From Bacillota bacterium (GTDB lineage Bacteria; Bacillota_I; Bacilli_A; RFN20; CAG-288), in assembly GCA_036830315.1 (NCBI GenBank), contig DAISOU010000006.1, positions 1,212-65,211 of the forward strand: a DNA stretch of 64,000 nt. Direction: 5' to 3'. Of the stretch, positions 62,187-64,000 are shown piece by piece; position 1 is the first letter of the stretch; each line of letters starts with the position of its first letter. The notes below the pieces were generated by a model. That model was not told the origin of the DNA. It did no database searches and saw only the letters and a list, made by a program, of their open reading frames with translations. The translations under genes and the position numbers were made by a program.

Positions 62187-62230
62187 AAACAGTTCTTTTC
62201 GATACTGATTCGAGACGGAAAGAACTGTTT
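62187..62230 (+). other. 12-bp perfect stem-loop between the cassette and guaA
   Basis: AAACAGTTCTTT-N20-AAAGAACTGTTT. The loop contains an inner TCGA...TCGA pairing. It is followed by ATCATCCTTTTATT, a weak U-tract. Confidence 0.5.
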
Positions 62231-62314
62231 ATCATCCTTTTATTCTGATACTTTCGTTTTAGGGTTTATCTCTATCTCTTTTTCGGCTATAATTCTTTCT
62301 TGAGGTAAAAAAAC

Positions 62315-63856
62315 ATGGCTGAAGACAAAGTGGTCGTCATTGATTTTGGAGGTCAGTACAACCAACTCATCGCTCGTAGAGTCAGACAGTGTCATGTCTA
62401 TTCAGAAGTTCTTCCTTATACTATCGATATCGATACATTAAAGGATGAAAGTATTAAGGGTATCATCTTTACCGGTGGACCAAATTCCGTATATGATGAG
62501 AAATCCCCTCATATTGATAAGAGAATTTTTGAATTGGGAAAACCTATTTTAGGTATTTGCTATGGAGCCCAGCTGATCGCTTATGAATTAGGCGGTAAAG
62601 TTGAGCATGCCACTAAATCAGAATACGGAAAGACCATAGTACATAAAGTGACCAAAGGTCCCTTGATGAATCGTGTCAACGATACTACTGAAGTCTTTAT
62701 GTCTCATACTGATCAGGTGACAAAGATACCGGAAGGATTTGAGCTTTTATGTTCTTCTGATAACTGCAGGTATTCTGCTTTTGAAAACGTCGCTAAAAAT
62801 ATTTATGCAACTCAATTCCATCCCGAAGTTGAACACTCTGTACAGGGACAGAGGATCATCGAGAACTTTGTTCTTGATATCTGCCGCTGTAATCCTTCTT
62901 GGAAACCTTCTTCCTTTATCGATATGCAAGTTGAGAAGATCAGAGAGAAAGTCGGTGATAAAAAAGTAATCTGTGGTCTTTCGGGCGGTGTTGACAGTTC
63001 TGTCACTGCTGCTTTGATTTCAAAAGCCATCGGCAAGAACCTATATTGTGTTTTCGTCAATCATGGTCTGATGAGAAAAAATGAAGCAGAAGAAGTAAAA
63101 CGCGTATTTGGAAACAAAGAGAGATTCGAATTGAATTTCATATCTGTTGATGCTTCATCTTTGTTTTTCAACAAACTAAAAGGCCTTACTGATCCGGAAG
63201 ATAAAAGAAAAGCAATCGGTCATACTTTCTTAGAAGTGTTTGAAGAAGAATCAAATAAGATTCCTGAAGCTGAATACTTGGCTCAGGGAACTATCTATCC
63301 TGACAGAATAGAATCCGGATTGGGAATATCAGCAAAAATCAAATCGCATCACAATGTGGGCGGTCTTCCCAAAAACATCAAGTTCAAGGGCTTAGTCGAA
63401 CCTCTTGACTTCCTTTTCAAGGACGAAGTCAGAGAAGTCGGAAGATTATTAGGTCTTCCTTCTACTATTGTCGACAGACAGCCTTTCCCTGGACCTGGTT
63501 TAGGTATCAGAATCATCGGTGAAGTAACACCTGATAAAGTACATATTGTTCAGGAAGCCGATTATATCTTCCGCGAAGAAATCAAAAAAGCCGGCTTAGA
63601 CAAGAATATCAGTCAGTATTTTGCTGCTTTATCCAATATGAGATCAGTAGGTGTCATGGGTGATAGCCGCACTTATGACTATGCGGTTGTCTTAAGAGCA
63701 GTTCAGACTGATGACTTTATGACAGCGAAGCCTTATCCGCTTCCCTATGATGTTCTTTCTGTTATTGTCGATAGAATCGTCAACGAAGTCAAAGGCGTTA
63801 ATCGTGTCGTCTATGACTTTACCTCTAAGCCTCCGTCAACTATTGAATTAGAGTAG
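62315..63856 (+). CDS. guaA: GMP synthase (glutamine-hydrolysing)
   Basis: GATase domain (ILGICYGAQL, HPE), ATP-PPase SGGVDSS, and C-terminal PPSTIELE. Confidence 0.97.
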   Translation: MAEDKVVVIDFGGQYNQLIARRVRQCHVYSEVLPYTIDIDTLKDESIKGIIFTGGPNSVYDEKSPHIDKRIFELGKPILGICYGAQLIAYELGGKVEHATKSEYGKTIVHKVTKGPLMNRVNDTTEVFMSHTDQVTKIPEGFELLCSSDNCRYSAFENVAKNIYATQFHPEVEHSVQGQRIIENFVLDICRCNPSWKPSSFIDMQVEKIREKVGDKKVICGLSGGVDSSVTAALISKAIGKNLYCVFVNHGLMRKNEAEEVKRVFGNKERFELNFISVDASSLFFNKLKGLTDPEDKRKAIGHTFLEVFEEESNKIPEAEYLAQGTIYPDRIESGLGISAKIKSHHNVGGLPKNIKFKGLVEPLDFLFKDEVREVGRLLGLPSTIVDRQPFPGPGLGIRIIGEVTPDKVHIVQEADYIFREEIKKAGLDKNISQYFAALSNMRSVGVMGDSRTYDYAVVLRAVQTDDFMTAKPYPLPYDVLSVIVDRIVNEVKGVNRVVYDFTSKPPSTIELE

Positions 63857-64000
63857 TTTCTAATATTGATTCATCTTTTAGTGACTGATGACAGAGTTTT
63901 GCATTTGTCCATTTTTTAATGGAATGAAATAATAGAAAATAGATAATTATTTGAAAAAAACGTAATAATTCTAATTGTATTCATTTTAGAAATTGTTAGT

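Noticed and set aside
62088-62314. Purine (guanine) riboswitch upstream of guaA.
   Set aside because: The conserved core elements of the purine riboswitch are not present, as I recall them (the UAUA...GGAUAUGGC...UUUCUACC...CCGUAAA...GACUAUA pattern). Only a simple long hairpin and a candidate -10 are seen.
1-64000. Possibility of the Mycoplasma genetic code (TGA = Trp).
   Set aside because: Conserved proteins (uvrA, fusA, tuf, topA, guaA) are full length under the standard code. Conserved Trp positions use TGG, and several genes end cleanly at TGA (for example hprK and the ATGA-coupled genes).
1-64000. CRISPR arrays, rRNA operons, IS elements/transposases and prophage genes.
   Set aside because: No spaced repeat arrays, no rRNA-like sequence, and no transposase, integrase, capsid or terminase-like translations appear in any listed ORF. 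The only recombinase is the chromosomal xerC homolog.

Overview
This is a 64-kb window from a low-GC chromosome that uses the standard genetic code (TGA is a stop, Trp is TGG). It is gene-dense, with about 50 protein genes, 45 of them on the + strand, plus one tRNA-Ser(GCU). No rRNA, CRISPR array, transposase or phage integrase is visible.

Most of the window is core housekeeping with Bacillus-like micro-synteny:
- uvrA
- hprK-lgt-(ppaX-like HAD)-trxB-whiA
- gap-pgk-tpiA
- rpsL-rpsG-fusA-tuf
- rbgA-rnhB-dprA-topA-xerC
- cdaA, deoD, copA-copZ and guaA

Several traits together suggest a Mollicutes-related or Erysipelotrichia-like, probably anaerobic, lineage. These are many lipobox lipoproteins, a PPi-type phosphofructokinase signature, an oversized MalK/UgpC-type ATPase, a nuclease lipoprotein inside an ABC operon, and a flavodiiron protein. 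This placement is inference only; no database search was possible.

Most noteworthy non-core content:
1. A seven-gene operon (about 28.8-37.8 kb) joins a sugar-type ABC importer to a staphylococcal-nuclease lipoprotein, a tiny 2-TM protein and a repetitive Ig-like/OB-like lipoprotein. It is a candidate extracellular nucleic-acid capture, degradation and import module.
2. A small accessory islet (58.7-62.1 kb) sits between conserved genes. It holds a two-gene minus-strand unit (4-TM protein plus an unknown 252-aa protein), a 612-bp ORF-free spacer, and a Schlafen/AlbA_2 + HATPase_c_4 gene bracketed by 56-bp direct repeats.
3. XerC tyrosine recombinase is fused in frame to a HAD phosphatase-like domain.
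4. A split giant double BcrAD/BadFG activase-like system is translationally coupled to an unknown membrane protein.

All calls come from reading the ORF translations and the DNA by eye. Family names are motif-based recognitions, not search results.
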